Source of the DNA: Octopus bimaculoides
Taxonomy: Eukaryota
Length of the DNA: 32,950 nucleotides
Direction of reading: 5' to 3'
Assembly (NCBI RefSeq): GCF_001194135.2
Contig: NC_068998.1
Location: 42,280,632 to 42,313,581 of the forward strand
Positions 21,141 through 32,950 of the stretch are shown here, one piece after another. The first letter of the stretch is position 1. Each line of letters starts with the position of its first letter. The position numbers and the translations under genes were made by a program. The notes under the pieces were generated by a model. It saw only the letters and a program-made list of their open reading frames with translations, had not been told where the DNA came from and did not search any database.

Positions 21141-21243
21141 AAGATACAGACAATATTGCATTAAAGTCGTAGGTGTTAATTAATTAAACTAAAGGAGTTA
21201 ATAAGTAGGAGATTGATTCCCCGAGAACATATAGACGCAGACA

Positions 21244-21400
21244 TAGATGTGTGGTTAAGATGCTCCCTTCGTCATCACGTGGTTTTGGGTTCAGTCCCAC
21301 TACGCAACATCTTGGGCAAATATCTTCAACTATAGCCTCGGGTCGACCAATGCTTGTGAAAGAACTTTGCAGACGGAAATTCCGTGGGGACACATCGTTT
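21244..21400 (+). mobile_element. 5' part of family C SINE (diverged)
   Basis: GGGTTCAGTCCCACTACGCAACATCTTGGGCAAATATCTTC...GACCAATGCTTGTGA homologous to family C. Confidence 0.7.
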
Positions 21401-22077
21401 ATATATATATATATATGTATGTATGTATACAATTGCAGAAGAGCTATAAATAAATTACATAACGTGCCATGTATCTCCAAATCTCCAAGCTTCGAGATAC
21501 TTGGTACTTCATATAGATCTGTCAATTTAATGTATCTTAAAGCATGAAACTTTTTTGTAGCTCTTTCGTAATTGTGTATATCAAACGATACTTATTTATC
21601 GCGGGATGGAATACTCTTTTGTTCGTCTTACCGATAATGGAGCTGTAATTACGCACACACACACACACAGAGATAGATAGATAATTAGATAGATAATTAG
21701 ATAGATAGACATGCAATATGCGCGTGTATATGTTAGCGTTTGTGTTGGGGGTTGTCCCCTACCTCCACTTGAAAACCGGCGTAAGTTTGTTTACGTCCTC
21801 ATTCGGTAATTGAGGCCGATAGAATAAGTACCATACTTAAAGTTTAAGAAAGTAACTACACAAAGACCTGAGGAATTATTTTAATGGCTACAGAACAAAT
21901 TAAATCAGTGAATGACGTTTCATGTGAGACGACGACTCGTAAGTCGCAAGTAAGCAGCTGCATTAGAATTCTTCGACCAATTCCTGCAAGACTTTAAAAT
22001 TCTTGGTGTACGGAAATAAAAATCAATAACGTATGTTTTATTTCATGAACAGTTTAAAGCGAGAAATAATGGTTTCT

Positions 22078-22521
22078 GTTTTAGGCTCCAGGATAACAAT
22101 TTTGAGGGGAGGGTGCTTTCAAGGAATAATAATTCGTTCCAATTTTGGCGCTAGGCCAGTAATTTTGAGCGAAGGGGCTTGTCAAGGAATAATTCTTTCT
22201 AATTTTCGTACAAGTCTAGCAATTTTGAACGGAGGGGGCTTGTCAAAAAGTAATTGTTTCTAATTTTGGTACCAGGCTAATAATTTTGATGGGAGAGGCA
22301 TGTCAAAAAATAATTCGTTCTAATTTTGGTACAAGGCCAGTGATTCTAAGGGGAGAGGCTTGTTAAAGAATAATTCGTTCTAATTTTGGTACAAGGCCGG
22401 AAATTTTGAGAGGAGGGGCTTGTCAAAAATCAATTTTAAAATTTTGGTACCAGGCCAGTTATTGGGAGGGGAAGGGCTTGTCAAGGAATAATTCGTTCTA
22501 ATTTTGGCACACGGCAAGTAA
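22078..22521. repeat. ~60-bp minisatellite, about 7.4 units, running into a gap
   Basis: AATTTT anchor recurs at 22141, 22201, 22262, 22322, 22382, 22440, 22500; consensus about AATTTTGGTACAAGGCCAGTAATTTTGAGGGGAGGGGCTTGTCAAGGAATAATTCGTTCT. Confidence 0.92.
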
Positions 22522-22522
22522 T

Positions 22523-22536
22523 AGATCGGAAGAGCG
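22523..22536 (+). other. Illumina adapter remnant at contig end (artefact)
   Basis: AGATCGGAAGAGCG immediately before the N run; identical to the start of the TruSeq adapter read-through. Confidence 0.85.
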
Positions 22537-23355
22537 NNNNNNNNNNNNNNNNNNNNNNNNNNNNNNNNNNNNNNNNNNNNNNNNNNNNNNNNNNNNNNNN
22601 NNNNNNNNNNNNNNNNNNNNNNNNNNNNNNNNNNNNNNNNNNNNNNNNNNNNNNNNNNNNNNNNNNNNNNNNNNNNNNNNNNNNNNNNNNNNNNNNNNNN
22701 NNNNNNNNNNNNNNNNNNNNNNNNNNNNNNNNNNNNNNNNNNNNNNNNNNNNNNNNNNNNNNNNNNNNNNNNNNNNNNNNNNNNNNNNNNNNNNNNNNNN
22801 NNNNNNNNNNNNNNNNNNNNNNNNNNNNNNNNNNNNNNNNNNNNNNNNNNNNNNNNNNNNNNNNNNNNNNNNNNNNNNNNNNNNNNNNNNNNNNNNNNNN
22901 NNNNNNNNNNNNNNNNNNNNNNNNNNNNNNNNNNNNNNNNNNNNNNNNNNNNNNNNNNNNNNNNNNNNNNNNNNNNNNNNNNNNNNNNNNNNNNNNNNNN
23001 NNNNNNNNNNNNNNNNNNNNNNNNNNNNNNNNNNNNNNNNNNNNNNNNNNNNNNNNNNNNNNNNNNNNNNNNNNNNNNNNNNNNNNNNNNNNNNNNNNNN
23101 NNNNNNNNNNNNNNNNNNNNNNNNNNNNNNNNNNNNNNNNNNNNNNNNNNNNNNNNNNNNNNNNNNNNNNNNNNNNNNNNNNNNNNNNNNNNNNNNNNNN
23201 NNNNNNNNNNNNNNNNNNNNNNNNNNNNNNNNNNNNNNNNNNNNNNNNNNNNNNNNNNNNNNNNNNNNNNNNNNNNNNNNNNNNNNNNNNNNNNNNNNNN
23301 NNNNNNNNNNNNNNNNNNNNNNNNNNNNNNNNNNNNNNNNNNNNNNNNNNNNNNN

Positions 23356-23384
<29 letters not shown>

Positions 23385-23389
<5 letters not shown>

Positions 23390-23598
23390 AAATGTTCCTG
23401 GCTTTGGGTAAAAGAAATTACTGGAGGATCAGTTAATCATGATTTTATCCATCATATTCTCCCCTCTCATTCACACACTTATTGCAGCGGTCCGTCAGTT
23501 TTTTCTAAGCCCTGTGAAAGAACTCGGAAGTTTTGGCCTCCAGCCAGGCCTTTCAGAATACTCTTAACGCCAGGATCTTTTCAGCACCCTCTCGTGTA
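23385..23598. mobile_element. Mariner-type MITE, second copy (left end degraded)
   Basis: Co-linear with 2337-2557; right end GGATCTTTTCAGCACCCTCTCGTGTA. Confidence 0.75.
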
Positions 23599-23789
23599 AT
23601 ATTTGGGGTTGATATGGCCGGTTTTTATGCTGAAGGGTTAATCCTATTAATTTTATTGGTCTTTTATTAGTTTTATATTAGTCATAGATTAGTCTTACAT
23701 AAGTCTTAGATTAATCGTACCTTAATCTTATATTAGCCTTAGATTAGTGTTACATCAGTCTATATTAGATGCCAAATGACTATTTTATA

Positions 23790-24135
23790 CTAGATGGGTA
23801 AAGACCCCCTTCGGTCATAAATGACCATGGGACTGCACCCAGAAAGTTACCCTTGAAGGTACAAGTCATAGCAAGGTTTTTTATGGAAGACCAGCAGTTG
23901 CCCAAGCATATCAGTTTTCCTTGTTCACACCACCGATGTAATCCAAGGAAAGGCAAAGGGGCCGATACAGCTTGGCACCTCTGACATCGCAACTCATTTC
24001 TACAGCTGCGTGAACTGGAACAACATGAAATAAAGTGTCTTGATCAAGAACACAACATACAGCCCGGTCCGGGAATCGAACTCACTACTTCGTGATCGTG
24101 AGCCCGATGTTCTCACCACAGAGTAACGTGTAGTC
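23790..24135 (-). mobile_element. tRNA-headed SINE with central domain and a third type of tail
   Basis: Minus strand GAGTTCGATTCCCGGACCGGGCTGTATGTTGTGTTCTTGATCAAGACACTTTATTTC matches head and centre of 42-353; tail differs. Confidence 0.7.
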
Positions 24136-24433
24136 ACGCGAGAGACTGTTCCACGGCGTTTCGTGTTTTATTAATGTTTTATAGATTTTACTTCTTGAAG
24201 TCATTGCAATTCGACCATGCTGGGGCATCGATTTGAAACGCTTCAGTTCGTTCTTTTGAGTCAAGTACATTGGTTGGGAAGGAAGGGGGGCGGGGACAAG
24301 GAGGGAATGGGAGGAATAGGAAGAACGACAGAATGGGAAGGAGAGAAAGAGAAGGTAGAGACTAACAAAGGCAAGACGGGGAATACGAACGCGCACACGC
24401 ACACACAAATATATATATGTGTATATATGTATG

Positions 24434-24479
<46 letters not shown>

Positions 24480-24738
24480 CATACATACGCATATATGAAA
24501 AACTAGATGGGGAAAATCATTTCAAGAGTGCGGTGGCCTGAAGAACATATATTAAAATGCAGGCTTCCATACTTGAAGAGATGAGCTGAAAATAATCTTT
24601 ACTCAATTGGAGATAAGTGCAGGAGACCAATTGATTAGACATTATTTGTGGCTCTCTTCACTATATGTATATGCCGTGTGTATGTGTGTGTGTGTGTATG
24701 CACACACACATGCACAGATACGCGCGCGTATGCATATG

Positions 24739-24772
<34 letters not shown>

Positions 24773-24774
24773 CA

Positions 24775-24941
24775 CTCTTTTACAGTCATTCGACTGCGGC
24801 CATGCTGGAGCACCGCCTTTAGTCGAGCAAAAAGACCCCAGGACTTAGTCTTTGTAAGCCTAGTACTTATTCTATCGGAACCGCTAAGTTACGGGGATGT
24901 AAACACACCAGCATCGGTTGTCAAGCGATGTTGGGGTACAA

Positions 24942-24976
<35 letters not shown>

Positions 24977-25153
24977 CATATACATATATACGACGGGCTT
25001 CTTTCAGTTTCTGTCTACCAAATCCACTCACAAGGCCTTGGTCGGCCCGAGGCTATAGGAGAAGACACTTGCCCAAGGTGCCACGTAGTGGGAGTGAACC
25101 CGGAACCATGTGGTTGGGAAGCAAGCTACTTACCACACAGCCACTTCTGCGCC
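24775..25153 (-). mobile_element. Family C SINE, near full length
   Basis: Co-linear with 7011-7388. Confidence 0.85.
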
Positions 25154-25344
25154 TATAAAATTTGTTAGATATATATATATAAAGCGTTATCTAAGATAAA
25201 AACAAGATTTTAGTTTATGATAAGTGTAACCTGTAGCTACAAATCTTTAACAATCAGGCATTTATGGTACATGTGATAATAGTTCAGCCATCTTGACATA
25301 AACTACCCTGAAAATTAATGAAGTTGTATGTAGGTTTCTGGTTT

Positions 25345-26273
25345 ATGTACGAGGCCAGTAATTTTGAGGGAAAGGGTTAGTCGATGCCACCGACTCCAAT
25401 AGTTGACTGGTGCTTCATTTTAACCATCCTGAAGAGATGAAAAACAAAGGTGACTTCGGAGGGATTTGAACGCCACAAAATTCCACAAAATATTTTTTTC
25501 CGACACCCTAACGATTCTCCCAGCTTGCTGGCTTTAATATTAGAAGGAATTGAACTCAAATGCAATAAATTCCGCAAGATATTTTTTCTGACGCTCTAAC
25601 GATTCTACCAGTCAGAGACTCTTAACCTCGGCGGAATTTGAACTCAGAACCTACAAGATCGGAATAAATAATGCAATTCTAGCACTTTAACGTTTCTTAT
25701 TTCTTTATTGCCCACAAGGGGCTAAACATAGAGGGGACAAACAAGGATAGACAAAGGGATTAAGTCGATTACACTGACCCCAGTGCGTAACTGGTATTTA
25801 ATTTATCGATCCCGAAAGGATGAAGAACAAAGTCGACCTCNNNNNNNNNNNNNNNNNNNNNNNNNNNNNNNNNNNNNNNNNNNNNNNNNNNNNNNNNNNN
25901 NNNNNNNNNNNNNNNNNNNNNNNNNNNNNNNNNNNNNNNNNNNNNNNNNNNNNNNNNNNNNNNNNNNNNNNNNNNNNNNNNNNNNNNNNNNNNNNNNNNN
26001 NNNNNNNNNNNNNNNNNNNNNNNNNNNNCTTTAACGTTTCTTATTTCTTTATTGCCCACAAGGGGCTAAACATAGAGGGGACAAACAAGGACAGACAAAG
26101 GGATTAAGTCGATTACATCGACTCCAGTGCGTAACTGGTATTTAATTTATCGACCCCGAAAGGATGAAAGGCAAAGTCGACCTCGGCGGAATTTGAACTC
26201 AGATCGTAATGGCAGACGAAATACCGCTAAGCATTTCGCCCGACGTGCTAACAATTCTGCCAGCTCGCCGCCT
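25345..26273 (-). mobile_element. Minus-strand cluster of family A SINE copies (degenerate pieces 25345-25680; long-tail copies 25692-25840 and 26038-26273)
   Basis: Reverse complement of family A; 26038-26273 is full length, ending GCCAGCTCGCCGCC. Confidence 0.8.
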
Positions 26274-27094
26274 TTAAGCGCTTTATCGTTTCTTCCAAGT
26301 CGCTAAGTTTAATCTCATTGAGATTCGAAATCGGAATGTAAAGAGTAAGAATAAATACCGCATATATAAAATAAACACCAATAATCTAACACAAACTCTG
26401 TAGAGTTTCGGTTATCTTCCGCCACATCAAATAAATAAATAAGCACTAATTCTTTCTTCTTTACACTGAAAGACTTATCGACAACAATAACAAATAAAAA
26501 AAATGCAATAATCCGCCTCGTTAATGCATGGTTATACTGATATCAGAATCAAGATTGGAATATATTCCTTGGTGGAAAAAAAAATCTAATGCTTTTTTTG
26601 GAGTAGAGATTTAGTTATTATAGGATAACATTCATTCGAAAAATATTTATTATTAATACTATTAAACCAGTTAATAAAAGCTATACCATTATTCTAGAAA
26701 GGTAAATCGGTTGTCTGTTTGATTTGAAGAATATTAATGTTTAAGTCATTTTTATTCACTATATTGGATCTACAAGTCATATTACTTACAACATCTTTGT
26801 TTTCATTATGGTTCTTAAAGGTAATGTAAGGCTTTCCTAAGTCTAAACATTTTAACTCTATCCTCTGTTTCTGGTTCAGTGTTCATTTGCTTAGTTCCTA
26901 AATTAATGAAACTTATTTTAATGCCGTTAGTTTTATTATTATTATTTTTTTTAGGATTAGGAATATAAGTATTTAAAAAAAAAAATTATCAAGTATTACT
27001 CACATTCAATGATTAAAGAATAATGTTGTAAGTGCTACAGTTACCAGCATACACTTGTAACGGTAGCGTTGTATCTATTGAAATGACACAGCAT

Positions 27095-27316
27095 AACATC
27101 ATCATCATCATAATCATTATCATCATCATCATCCTCATCATCATCATCGTCATTATCATCATCATCACTATCATCATCATCATCACGATCATAATTATCA
27201 TCATCGCCGTCGTCGCCATGATAATCATCTTTATCATCGTCGTGGTCATCATCATCGACATCATCATCATCATCNNNNNNNNNNATCTTTATCATCGTCG
27301 TGGTCATCATCATCGA

Positions 27317-27361
<45 letters not shown>

Positions 27362-27419
27362 TATCATCATCGTCGTCGTCACCACCACCATCAGTACCAC
27401 CTCCAGCACCAACATCACC

Positions 27420-27485
<66 letters not shown>

Positions 27486-27495
27486 GTCATCATAA
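27095..27495. repeat. Compound (CAT)n/(CAC)n microsatellite
   Basis: Direct observation; source of the poly-I/H/M ORFs. Confidence 0.95.
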
Positions 27496-27642
27496 CCGTA
27501 TCTGTTCTCTCTATGCCGTGGTTTTAGATTCCATTGAACAGAGACACAAGCAGAGAATGGTTAGATATATTTTCTATAAAAGTATATACAAATCACTCAG
27601 CTGTAACATCGAAATGACTGAATTTCATTCTAGAAGTTACAA

Positions 27643-27643
27643 C

Positions 27644-27685
<42 letters not shown>

Positions 27686-28353
27686 TGTAGTAGTAGTAGT
27701 AGTAGAAATAATTGCCACTCTACTTGTTTTTCTTCATTTCCTTCGTTTGCTCCACCTCTTTCTTTCTTTCTTTCTCTTCTTCCTTTCTTTTATGCTCTCT
27801 TTCTTTTTCACTTTCTTCTTTCCCCGAATGAATGAATATTCATTCATTCATGTTTTCCTTCTTTTCGCCTGACCGTCATTAGTTCTTTCGCTTGTTTTCT
27901 TAATTTGTTGATTTTTTTCCTTCTCTCTTTTTTCTTCTTTCTTTCTATCTTCATTTTCTTTCTATCTTCATTTCTTCTCCATTTTAGTCTTTACGTTTTC
28001 TTTCTTTTCTTCTTTCTTTCTTCCTACCTTTCCTTTTTTCTTTCTCTTCTTCCCTTCCATCTTTTCCTTCCTCCTCTCTTTTCCTCCCCTACCCCCATCC
28101 ATATTTACAAACATCATATGTTTGTCTCCTTCATTACTGACATTTGTTCTTCAATTCTTCTCCTTTCATGCTATTATTATTATTATTATTATTATTATTA
28201 TCATTATTATTATATTTTCTGTTATTGTTATCTTACTTCACTTTCGTTCTGTATTCGTTATCCATCAGATCAAAGTAAAACTAACATCTATTGGCTCCTT
28301 TCCTAAACACACAACTTAAACAACGAGGACACATTTTACTTACACACATACGC

Positions 28354-28436
<83 letters not shown>

Positions 28437-28728
28437 CATACTTATATATATATACACATACACACACACACATATATACATACATATATATATACATGCA
28501 TATATATACGCATAATTGTTATGTGTACAAGGATATTCATACCTACACACAGGAACTTATGCATTAAATATATATGTTTAATATATATGCGTGTTTGCAT
28601 GTGTATAAATATAGTGTATATATATATATATATATATTGCATACGTATATTTATATATACATATGTGTGTGTATATACATTCATATGTAAATGTGTGTGT
28701 ATGCATACTTACATATACATACACACAC

Positions 28729-28763
<35 letters not shown>

Positions 28764-28790
28764 TGTATGTATACATACATGCATGTATAG
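27643..28790. repeat. Low-complexity block: (AGT)n, CT-rich tract, (ATT)n, long (TA)n, (TATG)n
   Basis: Direct observation. Confidence 0.9.
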
Positions 28791-29136
28791 AAAGGCTACA
28801 GAAAATAATGGTAACACCGCCACTAATTTAACTGTCTTTTCTATTGGCAACATAAACTGAACACTCATCGAGTCTGTTTATTTATTCATCTCTTTTATAT
28901 ATGGCTTGTACTTTGTGTTACAGCCTCTACTTTTCCTTTTACGAGCAGATATCTATATTTATATCATTTAAAATGTGCAACTCATTTGATTTTCAAAAAG
29001 GACAACATTTTTTAGCGCGAATGACTGAAGCTTCAGTCTTTGAAGCTGGTGAATTGTTTACTGTTTTGAAGGTACAATCTTTAAAATCACATTGGAATTC
29101 CAGTTCTGGCATACTTAATTCTAGACGGAAGGCAAA

Positions 29137-29214
29137 GGTCGCAGAGAGGGGTCTCAGAGAAGGATCACAGAGAAGGATCACAGAGAAGGGTCGCAGAGAG
29201 GGGCCGCAGAATAA
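29137..29214. repeat. 13-bp tandem repeat, 6 units (GG/AT C RCAGAGARG)
   Basis: GGTCGCAGAGAGG GGTCTCAGAGAAG GATCACAGAGAAG GATCACAGAGAAG GGTCGCAGAGAGG GGCCGCAGAATAA. Confidence 0.9.
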
Positions 29215-29949
29215 GGAATTGCATTGTGTCAAAAATCTATCGAACCTCGGAGGCCAAAGAGATAGCAGATTTAAACCACCACTCTACCAACTCTGCGTCA
29301 ATCAAAGCCGGTCGTTGTAAGCTCCATAAAGCTGTATAATATTGATAACTGCAATTTCTAAACTTCTCCTGTACCCCATCAACCAGGGGCCTCGCTAGGT
29401 TCTAAAGTTAGGGGTGAAGTACATAAAAAACTATATGCTGTGTCCCATACCAAACAACTTTTAATTCATTGATTATACATTTTATAATAAGTGCTAATTT
29501 TGAAAAATGTGCTCGGAGGAAGTCGTCGTCGTCGTAGTAGTAGTAGTAGAAGTAGTTGTAGTAGTAGTAGTACTCCCCCCTGCTATCCTATAAGGTATAC
29601 CACTGCCATCAACATAAATAAGCAGAAAAAATTCTATCTAGATTTTCAGAAATGGTCAGTGGCTGCAGTCGAATGACTGAAACACGTAAAAGAATTAAAG
29701 AGCAGAAGACTTGTATGTCTTTTCGGAAACACCTTTTTTTCCTGGAATTTTTCATAAAAATTTCTGACGGTCTTCAATATTAATCGTCTTCCTTTCCTGC
29801 GTCTGTGTGACTCCCCATGACCCAGAACACGATATAGCCACTTTCACGGTTTCTGAGACCGTTTCGTCTGTGTGTATGTGTGTGTGTGTGTATGCATGCG
29901 CATGTTTGCTTGTATCTCACTTTCTGTTTCTGCAGGTACGTCTAAGTAT

Positions 29950-31275
29950 ATTCTTCAAACGATCTTCAGTTCCTCTACGTACACCTCTCCATTCGATATT
30001 TTGCTTTGTCTTTGTAGGAAAGACCTTGATTCTTCTGCCGTAACCAAGAATCTTCCTTCAACAGATTTGAGGTTTAGTTCGTTCCCGCCTTGCAACTGCC
30101 AGGTTAACTCACCTCCCCTCACTTTGAATAATTATGTCTCAGAAGATCGGTCATTTTGGCAGTTAAGTTATCAACGTCTCATCTTAAAATACCTCAGTCA
30201 AAGTATTTTCTTTTTTCTAATCTAGTCTAAGTTTTAATTTATACTTTCAATAACTGCTTCTGAATCCCGTCCAATACACAAAACTCTTACCTCAGCTTCT
30301 GCTTTATATTTGCTGGCTCCATTTGAACACAAAGAACAGTCTTTGTTTTGTCTATGACTAATCGCTGTTTGTACAATCTCCCTCCTTTATACTTTATTTT
30401 TTACTAGAAACATTTTTTATAGATATTTTATCACAATTATCTATCTGCAGAAGACAAACACTTATCTATATTCATGGTATATATATAATATTACTGTGTC
30501 GGCTTTCGGGTAGTGAATACTAAATGCAGTCATTATTTTTCTCTTCCCACTACCACAATCTTGTCTTGTTAATTCATTTAACAATCAGTTAAGAAAATTA
30601 TTTGAGTGCTCTGCACTCTGTCTAGTTCATTAATTTCTAAGAATTTGTAATTTTCTGGTTGATCTAATTCTCTTATCACCGTTTCTCTATCTAACGTAAT
30701 AGTAGCAATCTTTTTTTTCTTCTTTCTTAAAATTTGCTTGGCACATTTTTCTAAACCGAATTTCCTGCCAATTTCCCAACAGAATCTGTATCTACTGTGT
30801 GTGCGTAGCAGTGTTTACAATTGCTTGTGATCTGCTACGAGCAAATTGAAGTCATTCGCATACAAAAGGTCGTTGATTGATTATCGTTCCATAACACTTG
30901 TATACCTGCATCAAGTCTACTTAAACATATTGGCTAAACGTGTTAAGTACCACGAAGAAAAAAAGAGGAGTGGAAAGAGAAAGGGATCCCTTCGGAATAA
31001 TTCTCTTATATTCGGGATTCGTTTCGTATTTACAATTCCTCTTTTGTTTAAACAGGAGAGAATTATTTTCCATTTATTCATGGCGCATTTGATGCTGTTG
31101 ATTGTTATTGGTGCTACTTTATACATGAGTAATGTTTCCAGGATCCAGGGGCGGTGAAGATCAAACGGTTTCTGGTAATCGATCCATTGCATGCTTAGGA
31201 CCCTTCCTTCGGTTCCTAATGTCTTCACTTATCATTTCGTTAATCAGTAACTAATCTTTACAGCCACACGAGACT
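29950..31275 (-). pseudogene. Degraded reverse transcriptase of an R4/Dong-like (REL-endonuclease group) non-LTR retrotransposon
   Basis: Across frames: GCKD*LLINEMISEDIRNRRKG, LSMQWIDYQKPFD...WILETL, LLYANDF (YADD-equivalent at 30840-30869), IGRKFGLEKCAK, ENYKFLEI, LKSVEG.FLVTAEE; many stops and frameshifts. Confidence 0.85.
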
Positions 31276-32044
31276 ACTTCATCGCTTTTATTCTGGTCAT
31301 TCGAAACACTTTATTCTATTTCTTATTTTATATGTATTTTATTGTTATTTATCCAAACCATTTACGCATTGCAATAATATTCCTGCAACGTTTTGTACAC
31401 TGTAGACACACAGCTTATAAATATACAATTCTCCGAGTCTGAAGCTTTGTCAAAATTTAGAGGTTACGTTGTTTTTTGTTCTGTTTCATGTTGTTTTCCT
31501 TTCCATTCTAATCCAACTCAAGGAATATTTCTTACCATTTCAATATATCGTTGCATATTTTACAAGTACTTTGAGATTACCGTTTGGATATTTCGCTAAA
31601 AAGTTCCGAACTTGATCATTCCTGAATCATTCCAATATGTTCATGTTCTCGGTTATTTTTTTGTTAATCCTTCTTTTTCATATTACTGGTTATTCCCGGA
31701 TTATTCTTACTTGCTCATATTATTTGGTTATTTTTACTTTTAATATTCTGAATTATTTCTTAGTTATTCTAACTTTTTCATATTTTGATTTATTCCCCGA
31801 TTATTCATACTTAACTTTTACTTTTTGTTTCAGTCATTAGGCTACGGCCATGATCATATCTAGCTGGTACTGAACCATTTGTGGTGTTCTTTCATTTTAG
31901 GGACATAAAAGATTAAGATTGGAAATAAATGAACATGAAGTCGGGAACGTACAAAAATAAACTTGGCATTCCTGAAAAAGCGAAACGAAACGAATAAGTA
32001 AATGTTTATAAGCAGGATATTAAACATCATTATTATATATTACT

Positions 32045-32245
32045 GTAAGCTGGCAAAATCGATAGTAAGCATGGCAAAATGCTTAGCGGTCTTCACGTTC
32101 CGAGTTCAAATTCCGCAGAGGTTGACTTTACCTTCCATCGTTTTGTGGGTCGATGAAATAAGTACCAGTCGAGCACTGGTGTCCATGTAATCGTCTCGTC
32201 TCCTCCCCCAAAATTTCAGGCCTTGTGCCAATTGTAGAATATGTT
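32045..32245 (+). mobile_element. Family A SINE, short-tail variant (a further degenerate copy at about 32478-32625)
   Basis: AAGCTGGCAAAATCG...GAGTTCAAATTCCGCAGAGGTTGACTTT...CCTCCCCCAAAATTTCAGGCCTTGTGCC. Confidence 0.8.
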
Positions 32246-32806
32246 ATTGTTATTATAGGTTGCTGTTTAAACTTCAATTTCAATTTCTCAACAGCATCAC
32301 TTTGTAAATTTGAAGACTGCATCGTAGGAAATAGATTTCTTACAAATAAACAAGTAGAGATACATGCAAAAAGTAATTTCAAATTGACAACTGACATCGG
32401 AAAGTAAACAAAAATTTAATTTGAAAATTTACGGAAAAGTAATAAATTACTTTTCCGTAAACTCTACTAATTCATGTACACCTGACAAAATGCTTTTACA
32501 TTCTGAATTTAAATTCTGCCAAGGCTGGCATTGTCTCTTATCCTTTCGAGGATGATAAATTCAGTACCAGTGAAATACTGGGGTCGATGTAATCGACTAG
32601 TCTCCTCCCTACAAAAAGCTCAGGATTGGTCTTATTCCTGGTATTATTATTATTGTTAGAGTGCTATTGTCATCTTGTGAACGATATTTCGGTAATTCGT
32701 GTGTCTTCAATAGGTTCAACAAATAATTTTGTCAATCTACTTTATTTTGGTTAATATATAAAGGAATGCGGTAACTCCTCCAGAAAATATAGTCAAAATT
32801 AAAGGA

Positions 32807-32861
<55 letters not shown>

Positions 32862-32950
32862 ACATGAATATACACTAGCACACACTCACAATTGTGTCTG
32901 TATTTATACAAATGTGCGCATGCAACCGCTTGAATGCATGCGTGTGTATT

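Noticed and set aside
22078-22521. CRISPR-like array
   Set aside because: Units are contiguous and diverged along their full length, with no unique spacers; eukaryotic context; no cas genes.
22523-22536. Novel terminal motif of the minisatellite
   Set aside because: It is AGATCGGAAGAGCG, Illumina adapter read-through at a contig end.
27013-27835. Long ORFs rich in His/Ile/Met/Ser (up to 267 aa)
   Set aside because: Produced by (CAT)n, (CAC)n and (AGT)n microsatellites, which lack stops in some frames.
28281-28868. Overlapping YIYI/CVCV ORFs
   Set aside because: Translations of (TA)n, (TG)n and (TATG)n repeats; likewise the ORFs spanning N-gaps.
29235-29305. Minus-strand A-box/B-box-like words (AGTTGGTAGAG ... 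GGTTCGAT)
   Set aside because: No cloverleaf stems could be formed by eye.
31590-31840. T-rich segment with recurring TTATT(C/T) words and a hydrophobic ORF
   Set aside because: Low complexity with no stable period; the ORF follows from base composition.

Overview
AT-rich, repeat-saturated animal genomic DNA with several N-gaps. The repeat families and microsatellite load look cephalopod/Octopus-like (inference). One host gene is supported: the 3' eight coding exons (668-10307, + strand) of a drebrin-like/Abp1 (DBNL) gene. They splice with canonical GT-AG and consistent phases into 368 aa (349 aa with the alternative exon-3 donor): coiled coil, Pro/acidic linker and C-terminal SH3. The N-terminal ADF-H exons must lie upstream of the window. 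I found no second host gene. The rest is tRNA-derived SINEs of several modular families, MITEs, dead fragments of mariner, Tigger/pogo, RTE and R4/Dong-type elements, mini/microsatellites and assembly artefacts (including an Illumina adapter remnant). The most unusual signals are: (i) a tRNA-headed short element carrying a Penelope-type minimal hammerhead ribozyme fold, present twice as fold-back structures; (ii) an intronic tRNA-like Pol III unit between direct repeats next to a perfect 44-bp palindrome; (iii) a same-strand SINE pile-up in (ATT)n tracts; (iv) a 60-bp minisatellite built from a SINE 3' tail. All alignments and translations were done by eye; repeat boundaries are approximate and family names are motif-based.
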